Source: Octopus bimaculoides
Taxonomy: Eukaryota
Length of the DNA: 63,538 nt
Direction of reading: 5' to 3'
NCBI RefSeq assembly: GCF_001194135.2
Contig: NC_069003.1
Span: forward strand, 32,228,232-32,291,769
The notes beneath the pieces were generated by a model. That model made no database searches and had not been told where the DNA came from. It was given only the letters and a program-made list of their open reading frames with translations. Shown here piece after piece: positions 37,085 to 50,259 of the stretch. Positions within the stretch are counted from its first letter, which is position 1. Every line of letters starts with the position of its first letter. The translations under genes were made by a program, and so were the position numbers.

Positions 37085-37799
37085 NNNNNNNNNNATATAT
37101 ATATATATATATATATCATCATTTAATGTCTGCTTTCCATGCTGGCGTGGGTTAGAAGGTATCAATGAAGATGTAATAGTCAACCTGGGATGCTGATTGA
37201 AGTAAGTACAACTCACAGAAGCTTGCATACTACACAATTTACAGTAGCAGTAAGTTATGGAGAATAAAAGTAAGAAGTATAAACTAAGAGCCAGCATATG
37301 TGTTTGAAATATCTATATAAAGTAAAATAACACTAATTTATACTTTCAGTTGGCTATTTTATTTATATACTACTTAGTGGTGAAATTACGTTTGCGAATC
37401 TTTAATCTAATAATGAGATAGAAAAAAAAGAAAACTTCACAGAATTTCTTTTCTATACATATCTTTTGTCTTTTGAAGTGTAGTTTCTCTACTCTCACAA
37501 TTAAGTTTTATAAAACATATTAAACCTGACAGCAAAATTAGAAAGGAAATATAGATATGATTTACAGCCAAGAAAACAATTGTTTTACTTGATAACCGGC
37601 AGTGGTTTGGCAGAGTTATTAGAGCATTGGACAAAAACTTTACTCTGGCTTTTTGCATTCTGAGTTCAAATCTCACTCAGGTGAATTTTACATTTCATCT
37701 TTCTAACAAATAAACCACTGGTTTAGGATAGTGGGTTCATATTCATTAACAGATGTTCTGCAGTATTTGCTCTGGCCCCTTGTATTCTGAGTTCAAGCC

Positions 37800-38205
37800 C
37801 TGTCATGGTCTACATGGATGGTGGTGTATTTGTTGTGTATACTTTCAGTCCCACTGTGTGGCACTTTGGGCAAGTGTCTTCTACTATTGCCATGGATTGA
37901 CTGTAAGTGTATTTGGTAGACAGAAACTGGAAGAAGCTTGTTTTTATGTGTGTGAGTGCATGTATGTTCGAGTCTCCTTGTCTTGACATTGCATGATAGT
38001 CGTAAAATGATTGTCGTGGTCAAACAAGCAGTGTCATTCATTTACAATATTCTGCAAGGATATGTTTGGCCATAAGTAAATATAACTTTATTTGGAAAAT
38101 AGGAGGGAATTGGCGACAGGAAGAGCATCTGATCATAGAAAATCTACCTCAATAAAACTTTGTCGGACCCATGCAAGCATGGAAAAGTGAACGTTAAAAC
38201 GATTA
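37800..38205 (+). mobile_element. Composite SINE, B body + E tail
   Basis: CAGTCCCACTGTGTGGCACTTTGGGCAAGTGTCTTCTAC...GACCCATGCAAGCATGGAAAAGTGAACGTTAAAACGAT. Confidence 0.8.
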
Positions 38206-38507
38206 TCTTCACTAAAGTCATTGGCTGTTGAGTCTGTATAGTGTCGGATGATGTGATGTTACTTTCATAGCATTATAACCATGTGGCCTGAGCTGACCAA
38301 TGGAAGCCCAAACACCAAGAAGCCCTTTTGAATATATTTAATATCATCTATACTGTCTCCAAACATCTGGCAAAGTGGATATGTCCTTTAACCACAAAGC
38401 ATTAATGCGAAGCTATGCCACATTGTGTTTACTTACAGATAACTCTAACAAATATGTTTTGAGTGCTACATTCTTTCATTTCTTCACTCATATAGATAAC
38501 TAGTGTG

Positions 38508-38555
<48 letters not shown>

Positions 38556-39099
38556 NNNNNNNNNNNNNNNNNNNNNNNNNNNNNNNNNNNNNNNNNNNNN
38601 NNNNNNNNNNNNNNNNNNNNNNNNNNNNNNNNNNNNNNNNNNNNNNNNNNNNNNNNNNNNNNNNNNNNNNNNNNNNNNNNNNNNNNNNNNNNNNNNNNNN
38701 NNNNNNNNNNNNNNNNNNNNNNNNNNNNNNNNNNNNNNNNNNNNNNNNNNNNNNNNNNNNNNNNNNNNNNNNNNNNNNNNNNNNNNNNNNNNNNNNNNNN
38801 NNNNNNNNNNNNNNNNNNNNNNNNNNNNNNNNNNNNNNNNNNNNNNNNNNNNNNNNNNNNNNNNNNNNNNNNNNNNNNNNNNNNNNNNNNNNNNNNNNNN
38901 NNNNNNNNNNNNNNNNNNNNNNNNNNNNNNNNNNNNNNNNNNNNNNNNNNNNNNNNNNNNNNNNNNNNNNNNNNNNNNNNNNNNNNNNNNNNNNNNNNNN
39001 NNNNNNNNNNNNNNNNNNNNNNNNNNNNNNNNNNNNNNNNNNNNNNNNNNNNNNNNNNNNNNNNNNNNNNNNNNNNNNNNNNNNNNNNNNNNNNNNNNN
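38556..39099. other. Assembly gap inside (AT)n
   Basis: Run of N flanked by TA repeats on both sides. Confidence 1.
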
Positions 39100-40039
39100 A
39101 TATATATATATATATATATATATATACATGTGCATAAACACATAATGTATATGTATGTACACATGCAATTATTTACATAATATACATATACACACGTATA
39201 AATACATATATGTATGTATTTATATGTGTGTGAACAAAAGAAAACAAACAAACATAGATCAATAAACTAAACTGATTAAATATTTTCACAACACTTTAGA
39301 ATTTAATCTAATAAATATTTTAACACATTTAGAAAAACGATTTAATGTATTTAATAATTGAAAAGCATTTTAATAATTCTTCCATGTTTGCAAATTGTTA
39401 GTTTTGATTACTTTTGCTAGACTTTGACTATACATAATGCGTTAAATAGTAATTTGACTTCACTAACGAATTAAAAATCTTTATAGGTACAGTTTTGTAC
39501 AGTTTTGTACATATGGTTTCTAGATTTGATAGTGTTATGTGTACCTTGGACAAGTGTCTTCTCTACCACAGCTTTGGGTCAACCAATGCTCTGTGAGGCA
39601 AATTTAGTGAATGGAAACTGTGCAAAAATCCATTTTATATGTCAGTTGGTAGATTATTGCTTCTGTAGATGGGTTAGGTAACACATCTCATTCATTCCGT
39701 TTCAGTTTTTTTTTTCTAATGTCTACCAACCACTTTACAGAGTGTACTGGGCGCAGTTTCTCATGGCACCAAAACTGGATTGGTTGCCTTCCCTGGAAAT
39801 GCTGTGTGGGTGTATGTGTAGAATTTTTCTTAGCTGGACAGAGCTGTTTTCTAACAAAGAACAAAATCTTCATTCCTTGAATTTGGATTATAATAAAGTT
39901 ATATGTTGAAGTTTAGAAAACTCTTGCATATTTTACAGTTTCATTTTATAGATTGTATCTGAAAAGTGTTTGTGTTAGTAGCTTTCTTTCTTTGCCTGAA
40001 AATGCTAGCTTTTCCAAAATGTCACTTACACATTTATTT

Positions 40040-40570
40040 ATTCATATAAAAGTAAATTTATAATCAGAGTAGACGAGATGCAGGTTTTGAAGCAGTTCTC
40101 CATAAATATTCTCCATTTTGCTATTTTGGAAGAGATGTTCATATCTGCAGGGCAGCTAACCTCTGTGACTATATATAATTTTTCTTTTCTGTCCTAAATA
40201 ACTATATCAGTCCTGTTGCGTTTGCACTTGGTAGAAGTTTTAGAGAAATGTTACACCGATATTCCTTGTTGATGTATATCTGAGTGTTCGATAATAGAGA
40301 TCTTGTTTGTATTTTTCCTAGGGCAGTCTTTTTCTGTGGATGGCATTGTATATTGTTTTAGCAACAAAATTGTGTAGCAGTGGGAGGCATAACCTCGATA
40401 ACATTTTTGGGCAACTATTGATTATATGTGTTATATCCTCCACAGAAGGGTAGCATAATTGATATTTACAGTTGCATCTTGAACATTTAAGGGCTTCACT
40501 GTCTCATTTATTCATTAGATATTTCATCGTTATCTCCTGCTCTTGGAATGCAAAAGTGTAACCACTGAGA
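40040..40570 (-). mobile_element. Degenerate RLE-bearing non-LTR retrotransposon C-terminus (R4/Dong-like)
   Basis: Minus translation: FAFQEQEITMKYLMNK...CNCKYQLCYPSVEDITHIINSCPKM...LHNFVAKTIY (CCHC knuckle). Then KCKRNRTDIVI*DRKEK...EVSCPADMNISSK..ENIYGELLQNLHLVYSDYKFTFI (PD-(D/E)xK-type restriction-like endonuclease). Confidence 0.85.
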
Positions 40571-40611
40571 TATGATTTGATGCTCATGAGTTAATATAAT
40601 CATCATCCTCT

Positions 40612-41240
40612 AAGGTGACAAGCTGGCAGAATCATTACTATGCTGGGCAAAATGCTTAGTGACATTTCATCCATCTTCACATTCTGAGTTCAAATTCTGC
40701 CCAAGTCAACTTTGCCTTTCATCCTTTCAGAGTCGATAAAATAAATATCAGTTGAGCACTAGGGTCAATGTAATCAACTTATGCCCTCTTCCAAAATTAC
40801 TGGCCTTGTGCCAAAATTTGAAACCAATATTACCATCTTCTTCAAATTTACAGGAAACAAAGCCATGCATAAAAGATTTTTTGTTTTAGGCAATGTCTTT
40901 CTCTTTCCTGTCTTTAATGAGGTATGCCTTTTGGGTTCAGATGAGAAGTCATTAGTGAGTGAATGCTTCTTGAGGAGTTCACTATTAATCTGAAGGATTT
41001 TCAGCACTTGGTTGATGTATTTATTTTTGCTGCAGAATCATTAGCATGCTGGACAAAATGCTTAGCAGCATTTCTTTCCGTTTTAAGTTCTGAGTTCAAA
41101 TTCCACAAAGGTTGACTTTGGCTTTCCTCCTTTTTGCGGTCAATGAAAAAAAGTACCAGTTGAGCACTTGGATCAATAGAATTGACTTACCCTCTCCTCC
41201 AAAATTTCAGGTTTTGTTCCTATAGTAGAAAAGATTATTT
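40612..41240 (+). mobile_element. Two family A SINE copies (40612-40830, 41035-41240)
   Basis: Both carry GCTGGCAGAATC/GCAGAATCATTAGC...TTCTGAGTTCAAATTC...AAGTACCAGTTGAGCAC. Confidence 0.85.
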
Positions 41241-42477
41241 AGCAAATGCAAGCTCACTCCCCACCCCCCGACATTATCGACATTACCTGTACAAATCGAC
41301 ATTACCTGTACAGGTGCATAATGTGCAACATGCCGGATGACAAAATGATTGCACAGTAATGTGAAACGAAGTGTTTTACTCAAGAACACAATACAATACT
41401 TGGTCTGGGAATTGAAACCACTATCTTGCAATTGTGAGTGCAACACCCTAGCCACAAAGCCATGGGCCTTCACTATACATATATAAACACACACACACAC
41501 ATATATAGAGAGAGAGAGAGGGGGAGAGAGAGAGAGAGACTCACACACATTTCACATTTGTTTCATTCTAACTTGACATTCTGAAATGTGTTAACAAAAT
41601 GGCATGATCATTCTGTAAATGTTTATTTTATAAAAGACAAAGCCCTTTTATGCTTCATTCATCATGTTTTTGGGTACTTGATATTTGGTAGTGTGTGTGT
41701 GTGTGTGTGTGCATGCATGCATGAGTGCACATTTCATTGTTATACAGATCAAGTGAAAAAACTGGCAAACTGGTGCATTCAAACAAAAATACCTTGCAGT
41801 ATTCTGCCTGACTTACATAAACACTCCCTCATCATTCTTACTATCAGAAATACTGCAAACCAGTGATAAATCTGTTGGAAACTTGTTACCACAGATGTTT
41901 TTATTCATGGAATGCATGATATATTGACAAGAAAAAGTATTTTAATCACTCCAATGTGCAATAAAGACTTTTTTTTTTTTACCTTTACCAAACAGATTGC
42001 TGTTCTTGTTTACAACAAAAGTCAATAGAAAAGCCTATTGATTTGATATTATCAGTAATCAATTATGTGGCGTATGAACATTCAACACAGATCAAAGGTT
42101 TTAATTTTTAGTTGCTGTTTATGTGTTATTGTTGTTTATCCGCAGCTTACCCTTAGTCTTTCAGAACTTTTGATCAACGGCAGTCTAGTCATGATTGTCT
42201 GTCTTTTCAAGACATAGTTGATCTAAGACAACATTATCTAACATGTCCATCCTTTTAATTTTGAAGTTGGTAGGGTGTAATTTGAGGAGGATTTAGTGAC
42301 TATTTTTAACAAATAAAGCAACCATATTCAGGCTTCTTCAGTTGTTTGTGATGTATGTTTGCAATTATCATTTAATTACCATCCAAAAACAATTAGGAGT
42401 GACTGAAGCTGATCAAAATATTGAAGATAATTAACCATCCTTCTTCCAAAATGCTGATAGACTATGAAGAAACAGAT

Positions 42478-42630
42478 GCAGGCATGGCTGTGTGGTAAGA
42501 AGTTTACTTCCCAGCTGCAGGGTTCCAGGTTTAGCCCCACTGTACGGCACCTTGGGCAAGTATCTTCTACTATACTTCCAGGCTAACCAAAGCCTTTTGA
42601 GTGGATTTGGGGGATTGATATTGAAAGAAG
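42478..42630 (+). mobile_element. B-head SINE without recognisable tail
   Basis: GCAGGCATGGCTGTGTGGTAAGAAG...GGCACCTTGGGCAAGT...GTGGATTTGG. Confidence 0.8.
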
Positions 42631-43280
42631 CATGAAAGTAGTGAGCTTGTTTTAATGATTGGTATAATGTGTATAAATATTAATTGTATTTATGAACTCT
42701 TTTTAGGGCATAATTAATTTACTAATTCATTTTATCTACTTCAAGTCAATCTATTTCGACATTTAATAGTTCCTTCTATCCTTCTGATATCAACCCACCT
42801 GAGACTTGTACCAGCCAGCTCTTTGTGTTTCAAGTTCAAATCTTTCCAGGGGTTCCTTTGCCTTTTAACACTCAAAGACAGATGAATTAAAATACCAGTG
42901 AAATATTAAAATTGAAATCCAGGAGAAGCAAGAGGCAAAGGAGAATTAGTTCTACATATATTTACAGCTGTTTCATAATTCACTTTTTAGTTTCATCATC
43001 AACTCTGATTTGGTATTATATGCACTTCACATATGCTTTATATACATAAGTGTACACATGCTATTGTATCGTTAAATAATGATGTACCAAAGAGAATTAC
43101 TCTTCAGAATATATTCCAGACATTCCAGATTTGTCTCTTGTACTAAAAATCAAATCAGCTTGTTTTATACAAGAGTGATGTCTGTAAATATGTATGAGTG
43201 TATGTGTATATATATATATCAAGAATAAGGAGATTGCCAGGATTTGGATAAATACTGTTTATTTAGCACTTTATTCCTTT

Positions 43281-43330
43281 ATTCCTTTGAGAGATTCATC
43301 ATGAATTCATGATGAATCCCTCAAAGGAAT
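43281..43330. repeat. 50-bp near-perfect palindrome (24/25 pairs), extendable to ~43258-43346
   Basis: ATTCCTTTGAGAGATTCATCATGAA|TTCATGATGAATCCCTCAAAGGAAT. The only mismatch is A43292:C43319. Confidence 0.95.
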
Positions 43331-43427
43331 GAGAGAGCTAAATAAAGAGTTTTTATACAAATCTTGTTTCCTTTTTCTTAATATATAAAATCTGTACACC
43401 ACTTTAAACAATCTATACATACATTTG

Positions 43428-43476
<49 letters not shown>

Positions 43477-43743
43477 ATATATATACATCATGTGTATGTG
43501 CATTTAATATTGCAAGTATGTATATATGTACACTTAATATTTTTAAGAATATTTCTGTTACTGAAAATATATTTAATCACTGTTGAAAACTTTATTACAT
43601 CCATTCATGTGCATTGGTGGGAAATAGAATTCTTTTCAATCAGTTATTGTTTTATTTACATTGGAAAGAAAATAATAATGTGAAAAAAAAAAAAAAAGAA
43701 GGGAGCAATTTTAATTAATAGGATAATCACTTACTTTCTACAG

Positions 43744-43784
43744 ACTGTTTCCTAATTGATCTCTCTGCAATAACCTTGTAACAG
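43744..43784 (+). other. Candidate 41-nt non-coding (UTR or poison) exon
   Basis: Acceptor CACTTACTTTCTACAG and perfect donor CAG|GTAAGT. Stop codons in all three frames. Confidence 0.3.
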
Positions 43785-43952
43785 GTAAGTATTTTTTTTA
43801 CCTGATGTTTATATGGGCTTTTTTATGTTTATGTCACTTTTTATATTTATTTTGCAATGAACGATTCAGTTTTGCTATTAGTGTTCCTCTGTGCATGTGT
43901 ATGTGCGTGGGTGTGTGTGTGCATGATCATATGCCTATATGTATATGTATAC

Positions 43953-43988
<36 letters not shown>

Positions 43989-44086
43989 ATGGTTTTATCT
44001 ATGTATATATGCATATATATATATGTTTGTGATTGTAGTTATGTGGGTGTGTCCCTGTGTTTGCTTATATATGTGTATATATTGCA

Positions 44087-44117
<31 letters not shown>

Positions 44118-44809
44118 ATGTGATATATATGGTTTGATGCACACAGCTATTTATATATATATATATATATATGTATGTGTGAGTGTGTATCTGTGTGAGT
44201 GTGTGTGTATGTGTATGTGTGTGTGTATATATATGTATATATGTGTGTGTATATATATATGTATATATGTGTATACATATATATATATACAAAATTTAAG
44301 CATTGAAAGTATATTTGGTTTGACACGAAAATTGATATTTTTTGTTTCCATTTTTGTCATCAATGTTTTAAACTTTTGGAATTTTTCTTCTTTGGTTTTT
44401 CATTGTTGTCTTGTGTGACTTTTGACATTTTCACATATTTGAAATGAAGGCAAGAGAAAAAATAGCAGAAAACATTATTCACTGTTTAAAAATTGATTAT
44501 TGGCTAGAAAAAAACTGAGATTTCAGATCCTTGATTGCATTTTATAGATCTCTGCCACAAGGGAAGTAGTTCTAGTTGACTGATGTTGCCAACGGAGCAT
44601 AACTTCATGATGTGTATATGTGTACCTATGTATATCTATCTATCTGTGTGTGGATGTATAAGTATGTGTGTGCATATATGTAAATATATATGTGCATATA
44701 TGTAAATATATATGTTAGTGCGTATATGTATATGTAGATATATGAAATTACATAATATGTGAATATATATGTATATACATACATAGCCAAATACGAGTGT
44801 GCATGTGCG

Positions 44810-45150
44810 CACACAGCTACGGTTGTGTGGTAAAGATGCTTGCTTCTCAACTACATGATTTTGGGTTCAGTCCAACTGCATGGCACCTTGGGCAAGTGTC
44901 TTCTACAACCAAAGCCTTCCAAGTGGATTTGGTAGATGAAATTGAAAAAATCCTCGTGTGTTTGTGTTTTATTGTTTCAATATCGCTTCATAGTTTCAGA
45001 TAAGCCTCACTGTCTTTCAAGCAGTGGCCATTATTATCAATCTTTCATGGAAACATGTTTCACCGTGGGGAAACAGGTAAGGGCTGGTGACTGAAGGTCA
45101 TCTGGCAGGAGAAAATCTGTTTCAATGAATTTTGTTAGACTCATGAAAGC
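44810..45150 (+). mobile_element. Composite SINE, B head + partial E tail
   Basis: GGTTGTGTGGTAAAGATGCTTGCTTCTCAAC...GGCACCTTGGGCAAGTGTC...AAACAGGTAAGGGCTGGTGACTGAAGG. Confidence 0.7.
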
Positions 45151-45165
45151 ACGTTTATGTATGTA

Positions 45166-45226
<61 letters not shown>

Positions 45227-45269
45227 NNNNNNNNNNNNNNNNNNNNNNNNNNNNNNNNAAATATATGTT

Positions 45270-45310
<41 letters not shown>

Positions 45311-45344
45311 ATATATACAGATATATTCATATAAAAATATATAC

Positions 45345-45378
<34 letters not shown>

Positions 45379-45564
45379 GACGTTGACCACTAACGTGGAC
45401 ATTTAAATATATATATATATATATATAACTGAAAAAGTAAATGAAAACTAGAATATAAATATGTCAAAGTGAAAAACAAAAGGAAAATGAAAATGTACAA
45501 TATATTTATGTATATGCATACGTATATAATATGTATGCATATGTACACATATACATATCAACCA

Positions 45565-45599
<35 letters not shown>

Positions 45600-46575
45600 A
45601 GAACTCATGCTCTCATGGAAAGCTTTCTTCAAATAACCTTTGTATAAATGTTTCAATAATGGATTTATTATAAGTTGATATAATAAACATGTATCGTTTC
45701 TTCAGCAATTGAAACTTAAATAAATGTTAAAAATTAAGAACACTATAGCATTTGATATTACATGTTAAGGAATTTGACATAATTGACAGAGAAAGTAAAT
45801 GAAAACTAGAATTTAGATATGTCAAAGTGAAAAACAAAAGGGAGATGAAAATGTACAATATATTTATGTATATGCATACATATATAATATATATGCATAT
45901 ATACACATATACATATGTTTTACACAAACACCCACATATATATATACATGCATAATATAAACATATAGATATGCACACATGTACACATATGTATATATGT
46001 ATGTGTTTATATTTATTTTTAAATGTGGTCGGTTTGTTTACATCCCTGTAAACTAGTGGTTTGACAAAGCAGACAAGCCAGACTTTTAAAAAAAATAGAG
46101 AAAAAATTAAAAAACACGATTTTAAAAAAATTTAAAAAATGAAAAGCTCTGGGGTTGATTTCTATGACTGAAACCCTTCAAGGTTGTGCCCCAGCAATGC
46201 TACAGTCCAATCAGTGAAACAAGTAAAAATTAAAGAAAAAGATAAAAGGTCAACTGACAATAATGGTGATGTTAGAAGAAAGATATAACTTCATTAGCTT
46301 ACAGCTGTTTCTACTATAAGATACAATAGACTCATGGTTGAGTGTCTGAATAAGACCTTATAGCTTCATCAGAGCCTTGAATATCCGATAATCATTTATT
46401 CCTTTGTCATTTCTCTTTCGTATTACCACTCTGTCCTCTGCAAACATATCATTCTGAAACATATATATATATATTGAGTTCTACACTGGGTTATTGGTCT
46501 CACAATGTCTAAGTGAAATATTTAAACATATAACAGTAGAAAATATTAGGAAGGTTTCTTGGTACAGTTGTTAAA

Positions 46576-46762
46576 GCAGGCGGCACTGGCATCGACCACA
46601 CTCAAATGTTGTTTTCTATGTGCTACTGGCATGGGAGCCAGTAAGACGGCACTGGCATCAACCACACTTGAATGGTGCTTTTTACGTGCCACCAGCACAG
46701 GAGCTGACAAGGTGACACTGGCCTCAGCCACGCTCAAATGGTGCTTTTTTACGTGCCAGCTA
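46576..46762 (-). repeat. Three ~67-bp tandem units from the internal part of family D
   Basis: Repeated GGCACTGGCATC(G/A)ACCAC..TC(A/G)AATG..TGC.TTT..(C)GTGC. The same unit occurs at 58845-58950 and 47960-48230. Confidence 0.8.
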
Positions 46763-47531
46763 AAATAAATCCCCATTGAGGACTGGGGTTGATATAATCG
46801 ACTTCCCACTAACCACAAAATTGCTAGTGTTGTGCCAAAATTAGAAAGAATTATTTCATCTGGTTCTTAACATTCTGAATAATCCAAGATCTGTGGGATT
46901 ACTTGAGTAGCCCTAGTAGTAGTAGTAGTAACTTCTACCACCACCACCATCATCATTACTTTATCGTAAGAGTTGACTACTGCTCCATTACTTCAGGCCT
47001 TGCTGTACGTCTTGAATGTGCTTTGCTTTGCATGTTGAAATACAAACACTCACATGCAAAATATATACTTATAATATATATATGAGTGAATAAGCACACA
47101 CACACACACACACACTGTGAATTGAAATCCTGCCGGGGTCAATTTTGCCTTTCATCTCTCCCAAGTCGATATATAATGTACCAGTCAAGTATTGGTGTCG
47201 ATGATGTTCACTAATTCCCTCTCCTCAAACTTGCTGGCTTTGTGCCTAAATTAGAAACCATTATTAATAATGTTATTTATTTTTAAAAAATTTTTTAATT
47301 TTGTGTTTATTTTCATTTTGGCTGGCTACCATTAAGAATTAAATAGCTGTACATGATTCCTAAATTTTAGATATATGTACTTATACCAATTGATCAAAGC
47401 ATTTAATATATTGATTTTTATGCATTTTTACTGAAGCATTACAAAGTTTGTGTATGTGTGCACATGTAAGTATATTCATACACACACGTTTGGGTATATA
47501 TGTTTGTGTGTGTGATGTATGTGTATGTATG

Positions 47532-47596
<65 letters not shown>

Positions 47597-47727
47597 ACAC
47601 ACACACACATATGCATGCTGCTAGCAAAGTAAGTGTGAAGCAACTACTATATTTGAATCCCAAAATAGGTTTTCAATGTGGTAGTTCATTCAAATCTTCT
47701 GTATGTTTGTGGGCACTATATATACAA

Positions 47728-47767
<40 letters not shown>

Positions 47768-47829
47768 GGTATATGATATATATATATATATATATAAATC
47801 TATATATTAGATATATGTGTGCATATATC

Positions 47830-48235
47830 AGCATCATCATCATTTAATATATGTTGTCCATGCTGGCATGGGTTGGATGGTTTGACCAGGGCTGGCACGC
47901 TGGAAGGCTGCACCAGACTCCAGTCTGATTTGGCATGGTTTCTGCAGCTGGATGGGTAATGGCTGCTACTATGTGCCGCTGGCATGGGTGCGTACCATTT
48001 GTGTGACACCAGTATCTGCCACAACTGCGATTTTACTTAGCTTGATGGGTCTTCTTGTCAAGCACAACGTAATGCCAAATGCTTCAGTCATTCATCATTG
48101 CCTCTGTGAAGCACAACACTCTAAAGGTGTGTCTCTCATGCCACCAGCATTGGCCACTTTGCCTCCGTGAGGCCCAACACTTGAAAGGTGTCTTTTACAT
48201 GCCAGTTATGTGACACCAGCATCAGTTATGACTAC
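47830..48235 (-). mobile_element. Family D retroposon, long version
   Basis: (CAT)n TTTAATATATGTTGTCCATGCTGGCATGGGTTGG...GGCTGCACCAGACTCCAGTCTG. Confidence 0.8.
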
Positions 48236-48599
48236 GGTATATATACATATGTGTATATATTTTTAAATTACGTATCTTTTACTTTTTTTTTTAACGTATG
48301 AGCTGCTCAACCACAGACACTGGAATGGTATTTAACCACTCTATAAAGTGTTTGGGTGTCAGTTTGATATCTGGCTTGGGATAGCCCTTCCTCGTGGGAA
48401 GGTAGAAGGTCCTTAACCTTGGTTGGTAATCTACCTAGGAGAAGGAAATCTCCAATAAATATGTATATATTATAGAATATATATTTTGTGTGTGTGTTTG
48501 TAATGCAACATGCATAGTAAACCACATTCGACATGTGCAGTAGAAAAAGACACAAGCAAGGCCTGGAGTAATGGAGCAGTAGTCAACTCTTACAATGAA

Positions 48600-48669
48600 G
48601 TGATGATAATAATAATGATGATGGTGGCAGTGGTGATGATGCTGCTGCCGCTGCCAACAACACCACCAT

Positions 48670-48704
<35 letters not shown>

Positions 48705-48790
48705 ATAATAATAATAATAATAATAATAATACCACTACTACAACCAACAACAACAAATTATCATTATCATCATCATTATAAGAAAAAGAA
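48600..48790. repeat. Compound trinucleotide microsatellite (GAT/AAT/ACT/CAA/CAT)
   Basis: Direct reading. Confidence 0.95.
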
Positions 48791-49584
48791 AGTGAAGAAA
48801 TTACATTCATTTTCCCTTTTTCTCTCCGCTACCATTCACTGGGTTTAACAAATGAATTCCTTTTGTTAAGTCATTTGTCTTTGGTCATGAAAAAAATGAA
48901 ATGGGAACAATATATTAAATTGTGAATTTATTCAGAATATCCATCATCATCGTCGTCATCATCATACTAATAATAATAATAATAAGGGTTTCTTTTGTTT
49001 GCAATGAGGGCGATAGATGAAGAGGGCGTTACAAAAAGAAACTCAGGAAAGAAGAAGAAAAAAAATAGTGCAAGTAAATGCAGAATCGATATCTTGTTTC
49101 AGTCATTGGACTGCGATCATACTGGGGCGCCACCTTGAAGAGTTTTAGGCAAATGAATTAACTTCAGTATTTATTCTTTTAAATCCCCGTACTTATTATC
49201 TCAATCTCTTTTGCTGAACTGCTAAGTTACAGGGTTGTAAATAAACCCTCACTGGTTGTCAGGCTATGGTGCACATAAAATGCACATAAAAATAACAGGT
49301 TTCTTTCTGTTTTCTGTCTGCCAAATCCATTCACATGCTCATGAAAACTCCACAAAACCACAGTCCCCCTGACCACTAAAGCGAGTGCCTTCTCCTCATC
49401 CTCCCTCATTAATCTCTAGGTGTATGCTTAGAGTAGGCCCATTCACTCAGATCCTTTTTGCCACATTCAGCCACCTTTCAACAAATTTTCTGTAAGGCAG
49501 CACTTCTTTCTCCACCCTTACTTCCCATTTTCAAGTGGAACTTGAAAAAAAGTTAGTGAGGGCTTGGCCAAAGAGAAAATGTGC

Positions 49585-49716
49585 TTTTAAGAAGAAATGA
49601 TCACATCATCGAAATTGCAAAGCTATGAGATATGAGATAATGCATGATTAATTCAAAACAACGTGAAATAAGTAAGCATTACACTTGACAGAGCAACCTG
49701 AATGCTAAAAAGTTAA
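49585..49716 (-). mobile_element. TTAA MITE family G, partial
   Basis: Ends CTGAATGCTAAAAAGTTAA, the inverse of the 55394 terminus. Confidence 0.7.
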
Positions 49717-50039
49717 TCTGTGAGCAGAGAGCATCACATAATTTTTGTTTTGCCATTAAAGATACCTAAATATTCTGTTAACTTAACAAGGATTTGGAAA
49801 CGCAAAGTCAATTTATTGATGGCTGATATTTTGCTTGTTGTCTGCTAGTTTTTACTTTTAATTATATCTAGTTTATTGCCTGTTTATGTTATTAGTATTA
49901 CTTTTGTATTGTTGGTGTTGTTGTTTAGCCTCTGGTCAGCTCTGATTCAGTAAAATCTATGATTTCAGCAATGACTATTATATCCTTTTTGTTTTCAGGA
50001 TTTTTTGTGTCTAATATCATATAATAATACAATGTAGTC

Positions 50040-50259
50040 TTAACCCTTTTACTGCAGAAAACACATATATCTGCTCAAAATTTCATTACCCTTAAATGTG
50101 AAAGCTGTTTTATATACCAGTCTTATCTGTTGTTAAGGAATGTTATGTTTGAAACTGTTTGCTGTTGAGATATATCAAGTTTATTGAGGCAACATGACTT
50201 GCAGGAAATACCACACTGGAATATAAGCATTATATTTAATTTCACAGTTAAAGGGTTAA
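50040..50259 (+). mobile_element. TTAA MITE family K inserted in a family I copy (49915-50335)
   Basis: TTAA-CCCTTTTACTG ... CAGTTAAAGGG-TTAA. Family I sequence continues on both sides. Confidence 0.85.

Noticed and set aside
38484-39251. Longest ORFs in the track (also 2910-3585, 8341-8919, 60074-60747, 63004-63479)
   Set aside because: They are open only because of N gaps and (AT)n/(GT)n microsatellites.
46576-46762. CRISPR-like spaced repeats
   Set aside because: The context is eukaryotic, the units are contiguous tandem copies of a retroposon segment, there are no unique spacers, and there are no cas genes.
48510-48848. Hydrophobic ORF resembling a signal peptide or membrane protein (also 57069-57472, ER/SL repeats)
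   Set aside because: The poly-L/I/M and ER runs are translations of trinucleotide and (CT)n microsatellites.
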